From Spirochaetaceae bacterium (GTDB lineage: Bacteria > Spirochaetota > Spirochaetia > DSM-27196 > SLST01), in NCBI GenBank assembly GCA_007694025.1, contig RECL01000165.1, positions 1-41,802 on the forward strand: a DNA stretch of 41,802 nucleotides, given 5' to 3'. Shown one piece after another: positions 1 to 9,093 of this stretch; position 1 is the first letter of the stretch; every line of letters starts with the position of its first letter. Both the position numbers and the translations under genes were made by a program. Under the pieces are notes generated by a model. It was not told where the DNA came from, did no database searches, and saw only the letters and a list, made by a program, of their open reading frames with translations.

Positions 1-105
1 CATACGATATCCTCGACTGCTGGTTGCAGTGCAGAAGCACATTACCGTGGTCGACCGAAACCGTCAATCTATCTGGCTGCTCGTGACGTGGTCGGCTCCG
101 GCGGG

Positions 106-111
106 TATACT
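106..111 (+). promoter_or_regulatory. Candidate -10 box (TATACT) for the GH38 gene; 20-nt leader with G-run SD (123-128)
   Basis: TATACT read at 106-111, GGGGGG at 123-128, ATG at 132. Confidence 0.4.
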
Positions 112-131
112 CGGCTCGATCAGGGGGGACA

Positions 132-3110
132 ATGAGCGATGCACGACAACGGCTCGTTCGATCGATTGAACGGTCGGATCGAAGACGCGACGAGCTGCTC
201 GATATAGTCGGGGCCGAACTCGATTTTGCGGGCTTTCTCTGTGGCCGGCATCCGGACCGGGCGGCTGAATGGCGCCCGCTCGTGGAGCAGGCCTCCGCGG
301 CCGTCGCCGAAGCGCTCGACGGGGCCGGCGCATCGATCGACGCGGCGGTCGCCGAAGCCGAACGGATACTGATGCCGCTATCCGCAGCGGCAAAACAGAT
401 CACCGTGACGTGCGTCGGGCACGCGCACATCGACATGAACTGGATGTGGTCGTGGCCCGAAACGGTCGCAGCGACCATCGACAGCTTTCACACCGTGCTG
501 CAGCTGATGGAGGAGTTCCCTCGCTTCATCTTCAGCCAGAGCCAGGCGAGCGTCTACCGGATCGTCGAAGAGCACGACCCGGAGCTGCTCGCCCGGATCA
601 TCAAGGCTGTCGCCGACGGGCGCTGGGAGGTCACCGCGAGCCACTGGGTCGAGTGCGACAAGAACCTGTCGGGCGCCGATTCGCTCGTGCGCCATCTGCT
701 CTACACCCGCCGATACATGAACGAGCTGTTCGGACTCTCCGCCGACGACGTGCCGGTCGACTGGTCGCCTGACACCTTCGGACACGCCGCAACCGTTCCG
801 ACCTATCTGGCGCGGGGCGGCGTGCGCTACCTCTACCTCCATCGGCCCGGAACGCACGGCGCGGCGCGCCCGCTGGTGTTCCGGTGGGTCGGGCCCGACG
901 GGGCGGAGGTTCTCGCGATCAACGACATGCACTGGGGCTACAACGGAGTGGTGACCGCCGGCGCGATCGTCGGCAAGAGTATCCGCTTCGTGCGCGAGTC
1001 GGACGTCGACGACGTACTGTTCGTGTACGGTGTCGGCGACCACGGAGGTGGTCCGACGCGACGCGACCTGCGCGCGATCGAGTCGCTCGGTTCGCGTCCG
1101 CTGCTGCCGGCGATCGACTACGGCACCGGGGCCGGCTACTTCGCGCGTCTCGACTCCCGACGCGACGTCCTGCCGACTATCACCGGAGAGCTGAACTTCG
1201 AGTTCACCGGCTGCTACACGTCGCAGAGCCTGATCAAACGAGCGAACCGGATCGGCGAAGCACGAACCGCACTCGCCGAGCACACGTGCGCGATCGACGC
1301 TTTGCTGTCGAATGCCAGGTATCCGCATCGCGTTATCGAAGAGGCGTGGCGCGACGTGCTCCTCAATCAGTTTCACGACATTCTGCCCGGATCGGGCGTC
1401 CACGACACGCGCACCTTCGCGCACGGGATCTTCCAGCGGGCGATGGCTACCGTCGGTACGGCATCGACGCGCGCGCTCAGGGCGATCGCGTCGCTCGTCG
1501 ATACGAGCGGCTTCGGCGACCCGCTCGCGGACCCGCTCGGGTCGGGTGACGACGGCTACGGCGCGGGCGTCGGGTTCGCGTCTCACGAAGGCGGGGTTCC
1601 GGCCAATGACCTGCGATTCGGCGCGGCCGGCCGGCCGTTCGTCGTGTTCAACACGACCGCGTTCGACCGCGAAGAGGTCATCGAATGCGCGGTCTGGGAC
1701 GATGGAACCGACTCAGCGGCGTTTGAGGGGCGCGAGTTGGTCGTGGACCGCGACGACGGGACGACCGTCGCCGCGCAGTGCACCGAACGTGGCCGCTACT
1801 GGGGACACCGCTACGCGCGCATCCGCTTTCCGGTCCGGGTGCCGTCGATGGGTTACGCCGTCGTCGGTGTTCGAGAGGTCGTTCCCGGCGCATCGCCGGC
1901 AGGAGATGCGCCCGCGGGCGAGCCCTCAGCCGCACAAGCGAGCACGTCCGGTCCCGACGCTGTTGGCGCGCGGCAGGTTGCGCCGCCGCACCCGTGCGGC
2001 TACTCGTGGAATGAGCGCGGCGCAGAGGGGGTGGAGAACGGACTGATTCGACTGGTCGTTGATCCGGAAACCGGGGGGATCGCGAGTCTTCGTGATCTGG
2101 TGACGGGCCGCGATCTGATCGCGCACACCGACGGCCCGACGGGGATCATCGAGTTTGTCACCGAGCACGCGCACCCGATGTCGTCGTGGCATGTGGACCA
2201 CGAATCACCCGCCGGACCGGTCCGTTGCGTGGGCGTGCACCGCGACTGGAGCGGCCCGTTCGCCGCGCGCGTTGTCGCTGATCTGCGGTTCGGCGCGAGC
2301 GACTTTCGTGTCGAGTACGAGCTGCGCGCCGGAGATCCGTCGCTGTCGATCCGGATAGCGGGCACCTGGTTCGAGCGCGGTGGCGCAGGCGTCGGGGTTC
2401 CGGCGATGAAGCTCCGGCTTGCCTTCGCGCTTGCCGGCGCGAGCGCGCACTTCGAGGTTCCGTTCGGATCGGTCGATCGTGGAACCGACATCAGGAGCGA
2501 CCTCCCGACGCAACGCTGGGTCGCGCTTCGCGGCAACGCGGCCGACGGATCGGCTGCCGCGGTTGTGGTCGCGAACGACTCGAAGTACGGATGCGCGTGG
2601 GACGGCACACTCCTTCGGGTGCCGCTCATTCGCGGCAGCTACGATCCCGACCCCACTCCTGAGGTTGGCGCGCACGAAATGCGGTTTACGGTCCGTCCGA
2701 TCGATCCCGCCGACACTGTCGCCGCGGCGTACCGCGAGGGGCTTGCGCTGAACGCGCCGCTTATCCCGGTATCCACCGGGGTTCACGACGGAACGCTTCC
2801 GACGAGCGATTCGTTCGTGCGCGTCGGCGGTGGTGCCGTTGGCGTGTCGTCGCTCAAGCAGTCTGAGTCGGGAGAGCTCATGGTGGTGACGCTTCACACG
2901 CTCGCGCCGTCGCCGGTCACCGTCACGGTGCGCGTCTCTCACCGGCTTGCCGGGCGTGTCGTCGCGGCGCACGAGCTCGACCTCATGGAGCAGCCGCTTC
3001 GCTCGCTCGCCGTCGCGGCGGGGGATGAGGCCGACACGATCGACGTCGCGATACCCTCCGGCGGCATTGTCCAGGTGGGGTTCCGGCTGGAGCGTTCGGT
3101 CTCGCCTTGA
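132..3110 (+). CDS. Glycoside hydrolase family 38 alpha-mannosidase
   Basis: 992-aa ORF. N-terminal GH38 metal-site signature CVGHAHIDMNWMW and later NQFHDILPGSG block. Length typical of bacterial GH38 enzymes. Confidence 0.85.
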   Translation: MSDARQRLVRSIERSDRRRDELLDIVGAELDFAGFLCGRHPDRAAEWRPLVEQASAAVAEALDGAGASIDAAVAEAERILMPLSAAAKQITVTCVGHAHIDMNWMWSWPETVAATIDSFHTVLQLMEEFPRFIFSQSQASVYRIVEEHDPELLARIIKAVADGRWEVTASHWVECDKNLSGADSLVRHLLYTRRYMNELFGLSADDVPVDWSPDTFGHAATVPTYLARGGVRYLYLHRPGTHGAARPLVFRWVGPDGAEVLAINDMHWGYNGVVTAGAIVGKSIRFVRESDVDDVLFVYGVGDHGGGPTRRDLRAIESLGSRPLLPAIDYGTGAGYFARLDSRRDVLPTITGELNFEFTGCYTSQSLIKRANRIGEARTALAEHTCAIDALLSNARYPHRVIEEAWRDVLLNQFHDILPGSGVHDTRTFAHGIFQRAMATVGTASTRALRAIASLVDTSGFGDPLADPLGSGDDGYGAGVGFASHEGGVPANDLRFGAAGRPFVVFNTTAFDREEVIECAVWDDGTDSAAFEGRELVVDRDDGTTVAAQCTERGRYWGHRYARIRFPVRVPSMGYAVVGVREVVPGASPAGDAPAGEPSAAQASTSGPDAVGARQVAPPHPCGYSWNERGAEGVENGLIRLVVDPETGGIASLRDLVTGRDLIAHTDGPTGIIEFVTEHAHPMSSWHVDHESPAGPVRCVGVHRDWSGPFAARVVADLRFGASDFRVEYELRAGDPSLSIRIAGTWFERGGAGVGVPAMKLRLAFALAGASAHFEVPFGSVDRGTDIRSDLPTQRWVALRGNAADGSAAAVVVANDSKYGCAWDGTLLRVPLIRGSYDPDPTPEVGAHEMRFTVRPIDPADTVAAAYREGLALNAPLIPVSTGVHDGTLPTSDSFVRVGGGAVGVSSLKQSESGELMVVTLHTLAPSPVTVTVRVSHRLAGRVVAAHELDLMEQPLRSLAVAAGDEADTIDVAIPSGGIVQVGFRLERSVSP

Positions 3111-3141
3111 GTGCGGCCTCCGGCTCTGGTAGGATGAAGCG

Positions 3142-3834
3142 ATGGCATGGTTAGCGTCGGTTGTGCCCGGCAGCGAACTCGCGCTCGAGCATCTTGTCCA
3201 GCTCCTGATGAGTCTCCTGATCGGTGGCGCGATCGGACTGGAGCGCGAGCGCAGCAATCAGCCTGCGGGGCTGCGCACGCACGTGCTGATTACGCTCGGC
3301 GCGACGCTCCTGATGCAGCTGTCGCGCTACACCGCGATGCCACCGGTCGGTGGCGACCCGGGACGGATCGCCGCGCAGGTGGTGTCGGGAATCGGTTTTC
3401 TGGGCGCTGGGGCGATCATGCGCTACGGAGGCAACGTCAAGGGATTGACGACCGCCGCATCGATCTGGATCGTCGCGGCGCTCGGGCTCGTCATCGGCGG
3501 TGGGCTCTACCTCCTTGCGCTCATAGCCGCGCTCCTTGTGCTGTTTACGCTGATCACGCTCAACCGGTTCGAAAAGCGACTCTTTCCCGATCGCAACCCC
3601 AAGATTCTGGAAGTCGACCTGAAGGACGTCCAGATCAGGACCGAGGCGGTCATGACGGTTCTCAGAGCGCACGGGATACACGTCAGCAACGTCGATGTGA
3701 CGCAGGCGATCGCGAAGGGAATCGTCAAGATGAAGTTTCTGATCAGGATACAACGAAACGCCGATCTCACGACGCTCTACGACGACCTGAATGCGATCGA
3801 GGCGGTCACGCAGGTGAAGCTGACGCAGATGTAA
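3142..3834 (+). CDS. MgtC/SapB family membrane protein with C-terminal ACT-like domain
   Basis: 230 aa. LLIGGAIGLERE...GLRTHVLITLGA motif and 4-5 TM helices followed by a soluble ~90-aa C-terminal domain. TAGGAT -10 at 3130-3135, 6 nt before the ATG. Confidence 0.85.
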   Translation: MAWLASVVPGSELALEHLVQLLMSLLIGGAIGLERERSNQPAGLRTHVLITLGATLLMQLSRYTAMPPVGGDPGRIAAQVVSGIGFLGAGAIMRYGGNVKGLTTAASIWIVAALGLVIGGGLYLLALIAALLVLFTLITLNRFEKRLFPDRNPKILEVDLKDVQIRTEAVMTVLRAHGIHVSNVDVTQAIAKGIVKMKFLIRIQRNADLTTLYDDLNAIEAVTQVKLTQM

Positions 3835-3864
3835 GCGCCTGCGACGCGTGGTAGACTGCACTCC

Positions 3865-4689
3865 ATGTACCGACTCCTTGCGACCGACATTGATGATACG
3901 CTCCTGGCTCCCGACGGGGCGCTTCCGGAGGCGAACCGAGGAGCGCTCGCCGCGCTCCACCGCGCCGGTGTTGCGATCGTCTTCTGTTCGGGGCGCGCCG
4001 ACGTGAGCATCCGCGCGGTCGCACAGACGATCATACGCCCCGATGACGACGAGTATCTGATCGCGTACAACGGCGCGCGCATCGTGACCGCCGACTCGCG
4101 TCGTGTCGTGGTCGAGCACAACGTCGACTCCCGCGCGATTGCGTCGGTCATGGCGTACGCGCGTGATCACGGGCTCTACGTGCAGGGCTACGATGCCGAC
4201 CGCTTCGTCGTAGAACACGAGTCCGACCGGACCGCGGCGTACGCGCGGTCGACCGGCATGGACTTCCGCGTCGCCGACGATCTGGTCGCCGAGCTACGGT
4301 CGGGATCACCGAAGCTGATCGTGATCGACGACCACGATCGGCTGTTGTCTCACAAGCCCGCGCTCGACAGGCTGGGAACCGAGTTCGGGTTTGCGACGAT
4401 GTTCTCCAAGCCGACCTATCTTGAGATCGTTCGTGCCGGCGTACACAAGGGCGCGGCGCTTCGCGAGCTCGCGAGCGTGCTCGGCATCGGCATCGAACAG
4501 ACGATCGCAATCGGCGACAGCGGCAACGATGTGGAGATGATCCGCGCCGCGGGACTGGGACTGGCGGTCGCGCGCGCGCGCGACGACGCAAAGGCGGCCG
4601 CCACGGTCGTCCTCAATACCCGGGCCGAAGACGGCGCGCTCGCCGAAGTGGTCGCGAGATTCTTTCCGGGAATCGAAGCGCGTCCCTGA
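3865..4689 (+). CDS. Cof-type HAD-IIB family hydrolase (sugar-phosphate phosphatase-like)
   Basis: 274 aa. HAD motif I DIDDTLL at the N-terminus and motif IV GDSGNDVEM. TAGACT at 3852-3857, 7 nt before the ATG. Confidence 0.85.
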   Translation: MYRLLATDIDDTLLAPDGALPEANRGALAALHRAGVAIVFCSGRADVSIRAVAQTIIRPDDDEYLIAYNGARIVTADSRRVVVEHNVDSRAIASVMAYARDHGLYVQGYDADRFVVEHESDRTAAYARSTGMDFRVADDLVAELRSGSPKLIVIDDHDRLLSHKPALDRLGTEFGFATMFSKPTYLEIVRAGVHKGAALRELASVLGIGIEQTIAIGDSGNDVEMIRAAGLGLAVARARDDAKAAATVVLNTRAEDGALAEVVARFFPGIEARP

Positions 4690-4732
4690 TTCGGCGCTGA
4701 TTTCCTTCGCGCACCGGGGTATACTGCCGGCT

Positions 4733-5263
4733 ATGGGGGAGTATTCACACCAGGTGCCGGAACCGGTACGCAGCCATCTGCGTGCACTGGTCGCTCCGGC
4801 GGGGCTGGCGGACAATCCGGAGGCACAGGCGCTGCTCGAACGTGGCTGGGTCGAGAAGCACGACGCGTTTCTCCGGCACACCGCCGAGCATGACATGGTC
4901 GCCGCCGAGTGGTTCCACGCGCAGAATCCGGGCGGTGCGCTCGCGATGACGTATTCGGGTTCGGTCGTCAGCATCGGACCGATCATCGAACGTAAGCGCG
5001 GCGTCGCGTACGCGTCGATCGGGATCCGCAAAGACGTGCCGCAGCTTTCGGTGAGTCAGGGGTGCGCGCTCGAAGCCGACCTGAAGCTCGGTGAGCCGGC
5101 GCGGTTTTCGTCGGGTTCGATCGAGCGCACATCACCGCTGTTCGCGATCGCGATCTTCCAGACCGTGCTCGAAGCGCACGCGGAGAACGCTGCGCTGGTC
5201 GCGGTCACGGAGATGCTGACCGAACGGTTCATCCAGATCAACCGCGAGACGATCCCCGGCTGA
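4733..5263 (+). CDS. Hypothetical protein (no recognisable domain)
   Basis: 176-aa ORF with GC3-rich codon usage, fitting exactly between flanking genes. TATACT at 4720-4725, 7 nt before the ATG. Confidence 0.55.
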   Translation: MGEYSHQVPEPVRSHLRALVAPAGLADNPEAQALLERGWVEKHDAFLRHTAEHDMVAAEWFHAQNPGGALAMTYSGSVVSIGPIIERKRGVAYASIGIRKDVPQLSVSQGCALEADLKLGEPARFSSGSIERTSPLFAIAIFQTVLEAHAENAALVAVTEMLTERFIQINRETIPG

Positions 5264-5332
5264 CCCCGCGTCGGGTTCGTGCGCGTGTCGTAGAGGCTGT
5301 CAAGCGCGTCTAAATGCCGTACACTATTCAGC

Positions 5333-6376
5333 ATGCAGCGTGCCCGCTCACTTTCCGTCGGGATCGGCGTCGTCGCGATCCTTGCGGCCGGGGTAATCCA
5401 CTTCGACTCGCCTCGCGCGCACGGGCTCGCCCGTCCGATCTCCGACGCCAACGTCGCGACCGATCTTGCGGCAGAGCTGCCGACCAGCGCGCGCCCGGAC
5501 CGTTCCGCGCCTGAACTGGCGCCGTCCGACACGCCCGAAACGACCGATCCGACGCTGCTACCCGGCGCGATCGAAGTCGATGCGATGCTCCGATCCTACC
5601 CCGGCCGGTTTACGCGTTCCGAGGTCCGTGACGGCGAGTGGGCGATCGAGATGGACGGCCAGTGGTACTACTGGGCGCAGGGGAGGCTCCTGCCATCCGA
5701 CCTTCGCGCCCAGGCCGAACACTTCATACCGATCCGGTTCTACCGCTACGATCTTGGACCTATCTCTCCGCGCGTGATAGACGACGAACTGGCCGAGCAG
5801 CTGCGGACGCGCGGTTCGGCTGCATCAGGCGACCAGGGTGACGGCCGGATGCGCTTCAACGGCTTCCTGGACGCGCTCTACGGGATCTCCTCCGAGCGCG
5901 ACGCCGAGTTCACCGTAGTTCCGACCAGGTTCCTGGGATTTCGCACGCGTGTACACCCGATACTCGTCGAACCGCTCGAACGCGTTGAGCGTCGGATCCG
6001 GGTCGCGATGCTTTCCGACGACGCTCTGCGCGGGTTTGTCGAGGGGCTCGCGGTAGTATCGGGGTATAACTGGCGCAACATCGCAGGCACCCTTCGACGC
6101 AGCTATCACAGCTACGGGGTCGCCGTAGACCTGGTGCCGACGAGCTACCAGGGGCGATGGGCGTACTGGCTGTGGGCCGCGCAGGGCGGGATCGACGAGT
6201 GGTGGGACATCCCACTCGCGGCGCGCTGGACGGTGCCCGACGCGATCGTAGACGCGTTCGAGCAGGAGGGATTCATCTGGGGCGGGAAGTGGCTCTCGTT
6301 CGACAACCTCCACTTCGAGTACCGGCCTGAGGCGATCCTGATGGCGCAGGAGCGCGAACGCAGGGTAGTGGAGTGA
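5333..6376 (+). CDS. M15 family metallopeptidase (D-Ala-D-Ala carboxypeptidase/VanY-like), N-terminal signal anchor
   Basis: 347 aa. SxHxxGxAxD zinc motif (SYHSYGVAVDL) and C-terminal GGKW...FDNLHFEY. Hydrophobic N-terminus LSVGIGVVAILAAGV. Promoter CTGTCA-N17-TACACT at 5297-5325. Confidence 0.7.
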   Translation: MQRARSLSVGIGVVAILAAGVIHFDSPRAHGLARPISDANVATDLAAELPTSARPDRSAPELAPSDTPETTDPTLLPGAIEVDAMLRSYPGRFTRSEVRDGEWAIEMDGQWYYWAQGRLLPSDLRAQAEHFIPIRFYRYDLGPISPRVIDDELAEQLRTRGSAASGDQGDGRMRFNGFLDALYGISSERDAEFTVVPTRFLGFRTRVHPILVEPLERVERRIRVAMLSDDALRGFVEGLAVVSGYNWRNIAGTLRRSYHSYGVAVDLVPTSYQGRWAYWLWAAQGGIDEWWDIPLAARWTVPDAIVDAFEQEGFIWGGKWLSFDNLHFEYRPEAILMAQERERRVVE

Positions 6377-6417
6377 GCGCCTTTGGCCCCGCGGTTTCTG
6401 GCCGATAGAGAGAAGAG

Positions 6418-7227
6418 ATGACGCAGCCGATCACCGCCGACATCGCACGACGAGCGCTTCGCATCATCTACGGCGGCGCGTCTGTCGACGCGGTCGACCT
6501 GTCGCTGCTCGCGGCGCTCGACCAGCGCGAGCTATCCACGCGTTTTCGTGCGCGTGCACTCGAACTGCATCCCGATCGCGCGTCGCTTCTTGGGCGGGAG
6601 CCCGATGATCTGAACAGCGCATTTCGAAGGTTGCACAGCGCCTACCGCGTGCTCGGCGCGGTCGTCGACAACCCGACGCTGAAGGCGACCCTGGCCTCGC
6701 ACGCGCAGCGGGCAAGCCGGACCGCTTCGAACGTAGGATTCTGGACGCCACCGACCGATATCCGAGGGGGCAGTGCGACTGGCTCGGGGTCCGCTGCGGC
6801 CGCCGATGAGCGGCGCTACTATTCGGGGAGGGTACCCGAGACGCCGCTTCGCTTCGCGCAGTTTCTCTACTACCACCGCGTGATCGACTGGAAGACGATG
6901 ATCGATGCGGTTACGTGGCAGTATCGCGTCCGCCCGAAGGTCGGTGAGATCGGACGGTCGTACCGGTTCCTCGATTTTCCGTCGATCGGCGCGGTGCTCC
7001 GCGAGTCGCCCCGGGGCGAGCTCTTTGGGACGACCGCGTTGAAGATGGGGCTCCTTGACCGCAGGCAACTGTCGGTGATGCTCGGCAAGCAGTACCTGCT
7101 CAACTACCCGATCGGCCGCTACTTCGTCGAACACGGGATCCTGTCGAAGCCTGAGGTCGATCATCTGCTGAACGAAAGCCGCCGGCACAACCGGGCGTAC
7201 CGGACCCAGGGCACCACCGTCCGTTGA
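6418..7227 (+). CDS. J-domain (DnaJ-like) protein with divergent C-terminal helical repeat region
   Basis: 269 aa. J-domain HPD motif in ALELHPDRA...FRRLHSAYRVL. C-terminal region has two repeats resembling T2SS-E N-terminal-type helical repeats (LKMGLLDRRQLSVMLGKQ; FVEHGILSKPEVDHLLNE). Confidence 0.7.
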   Translation: MTQPITADIARRALRIIYGGASVDAVDLSLLAALDQRELSTRFRARALELHPDRASLLGREPDDLNSAFRRLHSAYRVLGAVVDNPTLKATLASHAQRASRTASNVGFWTPPTDIRGGSATGSGSAAAADERRYYSGRVPETPLRFAQFLYYHRVIDWKTMIDAVTWQYRVRPKVGEIGRSYRFLDFPSIGAVLRESPRGELFGTTALKMGLLDRRQLSVMLGKQYLLNYPIGRYFVEHGILSKPEVDHLLNESRRHNRAYRTQGTTVR

Positions 7228-7281
7228 CGTACCCTTCTCTCGGGTTGCGGGACTCGACGTCAGAGTGTTTGGCTGAAGCGG

Positions 7282-8946
7282 CTACAGTTCAAGCAGGTGG
7301 TGCTCGTGGTACATCGAGTCACGGAGCGCGCGCACGTCTTCGTTACGCAGGTAGTCGTCGAAGCGCATCGACCGGTCGATCACCCCGCCGGGGGTGAGCT
7401 CGATGATCCGGTTCGCGATCGTGTGGACGAACTCGTGATCGTGACTCGTGAACAGCACGACCCCCTTGAAATCGATGAGCGCGTCGTTGAGCGCGGTGAT
7501 CGCTTCCAGGTCCAGGTGGTTCGTCGGTTCGTCCATGATCAGCACGTTCGGCTCGGCGAGCATGAGTTTGCTCAGCATGCACCGCACCCGCTCACCGCCG
7601 CTCAGCACGCTCACCTTCTTCAGCGTTTCGTCGCCCGTGAAGAGCATCCGACCCAGGAAGCCACGAACGTACGACTCCTCTTCGACCTCGGTGTACTGGC
7701 GCAGCCACTCGATCAGGCTGAGGTCGCCTGAGAAGTAGTCGGTGCTGTCCTTCGGAAAGTAGCCCGGCGTGATCGTCTGACCCCAGTCGAACGATCCGGT
7801 ATCGGGTTTGCTCTCGCCGGCCAGGATCTCGAACAGCGCGCTCTTTGCCTGGTGGAATGGTCCGACGAAGACGATCTTGTCAGCCGGGTTCACGGTCAGT
7901 GTGAAGTTGTTCAGAACCGGCTCGTCCTCGACGTCCTTGCCCAGACCCTCGATCTCCAGAACGCGCTTGCCAACGTCGCGGGCCGAGTTGAACGCGATGT
8001 AGGGCGCCTTGCGGCTCGACGGCTTGATGTCGTCGACCGATAGTTTCTCCACGAGCTTCTGGCGACTGGTGGCCTGTTTCGACCGCGCGGCATTCGATGA
8101 GAAGCGCGCGATGAACTCCTTCAACTCGGCGATCTTGTCCTCCCGGCGCTTCTTGTCGTCGCGGAGTTGCTTGCGCGCGAGCTGCGACGAGTGGAACCAG
8201 AAGTCGTAGTTGCCGACGTAGAGCTGCATCTTCGCGAAGTCGATGTCGACGATGTGCGTAGTGACCTTGTTCAGGAAGTGCCGGTCGTGCGACACGACGA
8301 TCAGCGTGTTCTTGAAGTTCATCAGGAACTCTTCGAGCCAGCCGACCGAGTCCAGGTCCAGGTTGTTCGTCGGTTCGTCCAGCAGCAGGATGTCGGGGTT
8401 GCCGAAGAGCGCCTGCGCCAGGAGCACCCGCACCTTCTGCCCGCCGTCGAGCTCGCTCATCTTCCGCTCGAGCAGTTCGTCCGACAGTCCGAGCCCGGAG
8501 ATCAGCCGTCCGGCCTCGCTTTCGGCTTCCCAGCCGCCGAGCTCGGCGAACTCGCCTTCGAGCTCGGCCGCCCGCATCCCGTCTGCCTCGGTGAAGTCGC
8601 TCTTCTCGTAGACCGCGTCCTTCTCCCTCATCACGTCGTAGAGTCGGCGGTGTCCCAGGATGATCGCGTGGAGCACCGACAGCTCCTCGTACGCAAACTG
8701 ATCCTGTTTGAGCACCGCGAGCCGTTCGCCCTTCGGGATGATGACCTCACCCGAGTCGGGTTCGATGTCCCCGGAGAGGATCTTGAGAAAGGTCGACTTC
8801 CCTGCGCCGTTGGCGCCGATCACGCCGTAGCAGTTGCCCGGCGTGAACTTGAGCGAAACGTCCTTGAACAGAACGCGATCTCCGTACTGGAGCGCGATAT
8901 TTGCAGCTGTAATCACTGCGTCAAGGTACTGAATCTCGCCCGGCAC
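7282..8946 (-). CDS. ABC-F family ATPase (two NBDs, no TMD); probable true start GTG at 8916
   Basis: NBD1 has Walker A GANGAGKST, signature LDGGQ, Walker B ILLLDEPTNNLD. A charged linker DDKKRREDKIAELKEF follows. NBD2 has signature LSGGE and Walker B VLIMDEPTNHLD but a deviant P-loop GPFHQAKS. The ORF-track start at 8946 is GTG. TACCTT at 8928-8923 followed by 6 nt and GTG 8916 gives a typical ABC-F N-terminus VITAANIALQYGDR. Confidence 0.9.
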   Translation of the reverse strand: MPGEIQYLDAVITAANIALQYGDRVLFKDVSLKFTPGNCYGVIGANGAGKSTFLKILSGDIEPDSGEVIIPKGERLAVLKQDQFAYEELSVLHAIILGHRRLYDVMREKDAVYEKSDFTEADGMRAAELEGEFAELGGWEAESEAGRLISGLGLSDELLERKMSELDGGQKVRVLLAQALFGNPDILLLDEPTNNLDLDSVGWLEEFLMNFKNTLIVVSHDRHFLNKVTTHIVDIDFAKMQLYVGNYDFWFHSSQLARKQLRDDKKRREDKIAELKEFIARFSSNAARSKQATSRQKLVEKLSVDDIKPSSRKAPYIAFNSARDVGKRVLEIEGLGKDVEDEPVLNNFTLTVNPADKIVFVGPFHQAKSALFEILAGESKPDTGSFDWGQTITPGYFPKDSTDYFSGDLSLIEWLRQYTEVEEESYVRGFLGRMLFTGDETLKKVSVLSGGERVRCMLSKLMLAEPNVLIMDEPTNHLDLEAITALNDALIDFKGVVLFTSHDHEFVHTIANRIIELTPGGVIDRSMRFDDYLRNEDVRALRDSMYHEHHLLEL

Positions 8947-8998
8947 TGTAAGCCCGCCGTCGTTTCGGAGAGCCGGGTGGTACCGGCGACGAAGAAGT

Positions 8999-9087
8999 CA
9001 TCGTGATGCTGGTGCAGTACACTGCACCGGCAGCACGGTGTACATGCATCGTGATGCGTTGACACGCGTCGAGCATCGTAGCATCAT
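8999..9087 (+). promoter_or_regulatory. vapBC promoter/operator region: TTGACA (9059-9064)-N17-CATCAT (9082-9087), palindromes CATCGTGATG (8999-9008), GGTGCAGTACACTGCACC (9011-9028), GCATCGTGATGC (9046-9057)
   Basis: Hexamers and inverted repeats read directly from the sequence. ATG of vapB lies 6 nt after the -10. Confidence 0.5.
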
Positions 9088-9093
9088 GAAGCG

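Noticed and set aside
1-131. CAT at positions 1-3 preceded (on the minus strand) by GAGGA, as the start of a leftward gene; small palindrome TGCAGTGCA at 27-35
   Set aside because: The putative gene lies entirely outside the window, and the palindrome is too short to interpret.
378-1586. Long antisense or alternative-frame ORFs throughout the track. Examples: 378..1586, 2205..3257, 3151..4218, 8167..9006, 10562..11431, 11695..12669, 12858..14240, 21877..22863, 28672..29604, 33132..33932, 35409..36152, 37184..38488, 39703..40812, 40620..41762.
   Set aside because: All overlap genes with clear family motifs on the other strand or frame. They have Arg/Pro/Gly-rich low-complexity translations typical of shadow ORFs in GC-rich DNA, and none carries a recognisable domain.
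3134-3144. Shared 11-mer ATGAAGCGATG at the mgtC start (3134-3144) and the vapB start (9086-9096)
   Set aside because: This is a short match spanning the end of a -10 box and a start codon. It is explained by the common leaderless promoter geometry plus chance, and there is no extended similarity around it.
7226-7263. Inverted repeat TGACGT...ACGTCA between the J-domain gene and the convergent ABC-F gene
   Set aside because: The stem is short, the interior is long and poorly paired, and there is no U-tract. It cannot be supported as a terminator or operator.
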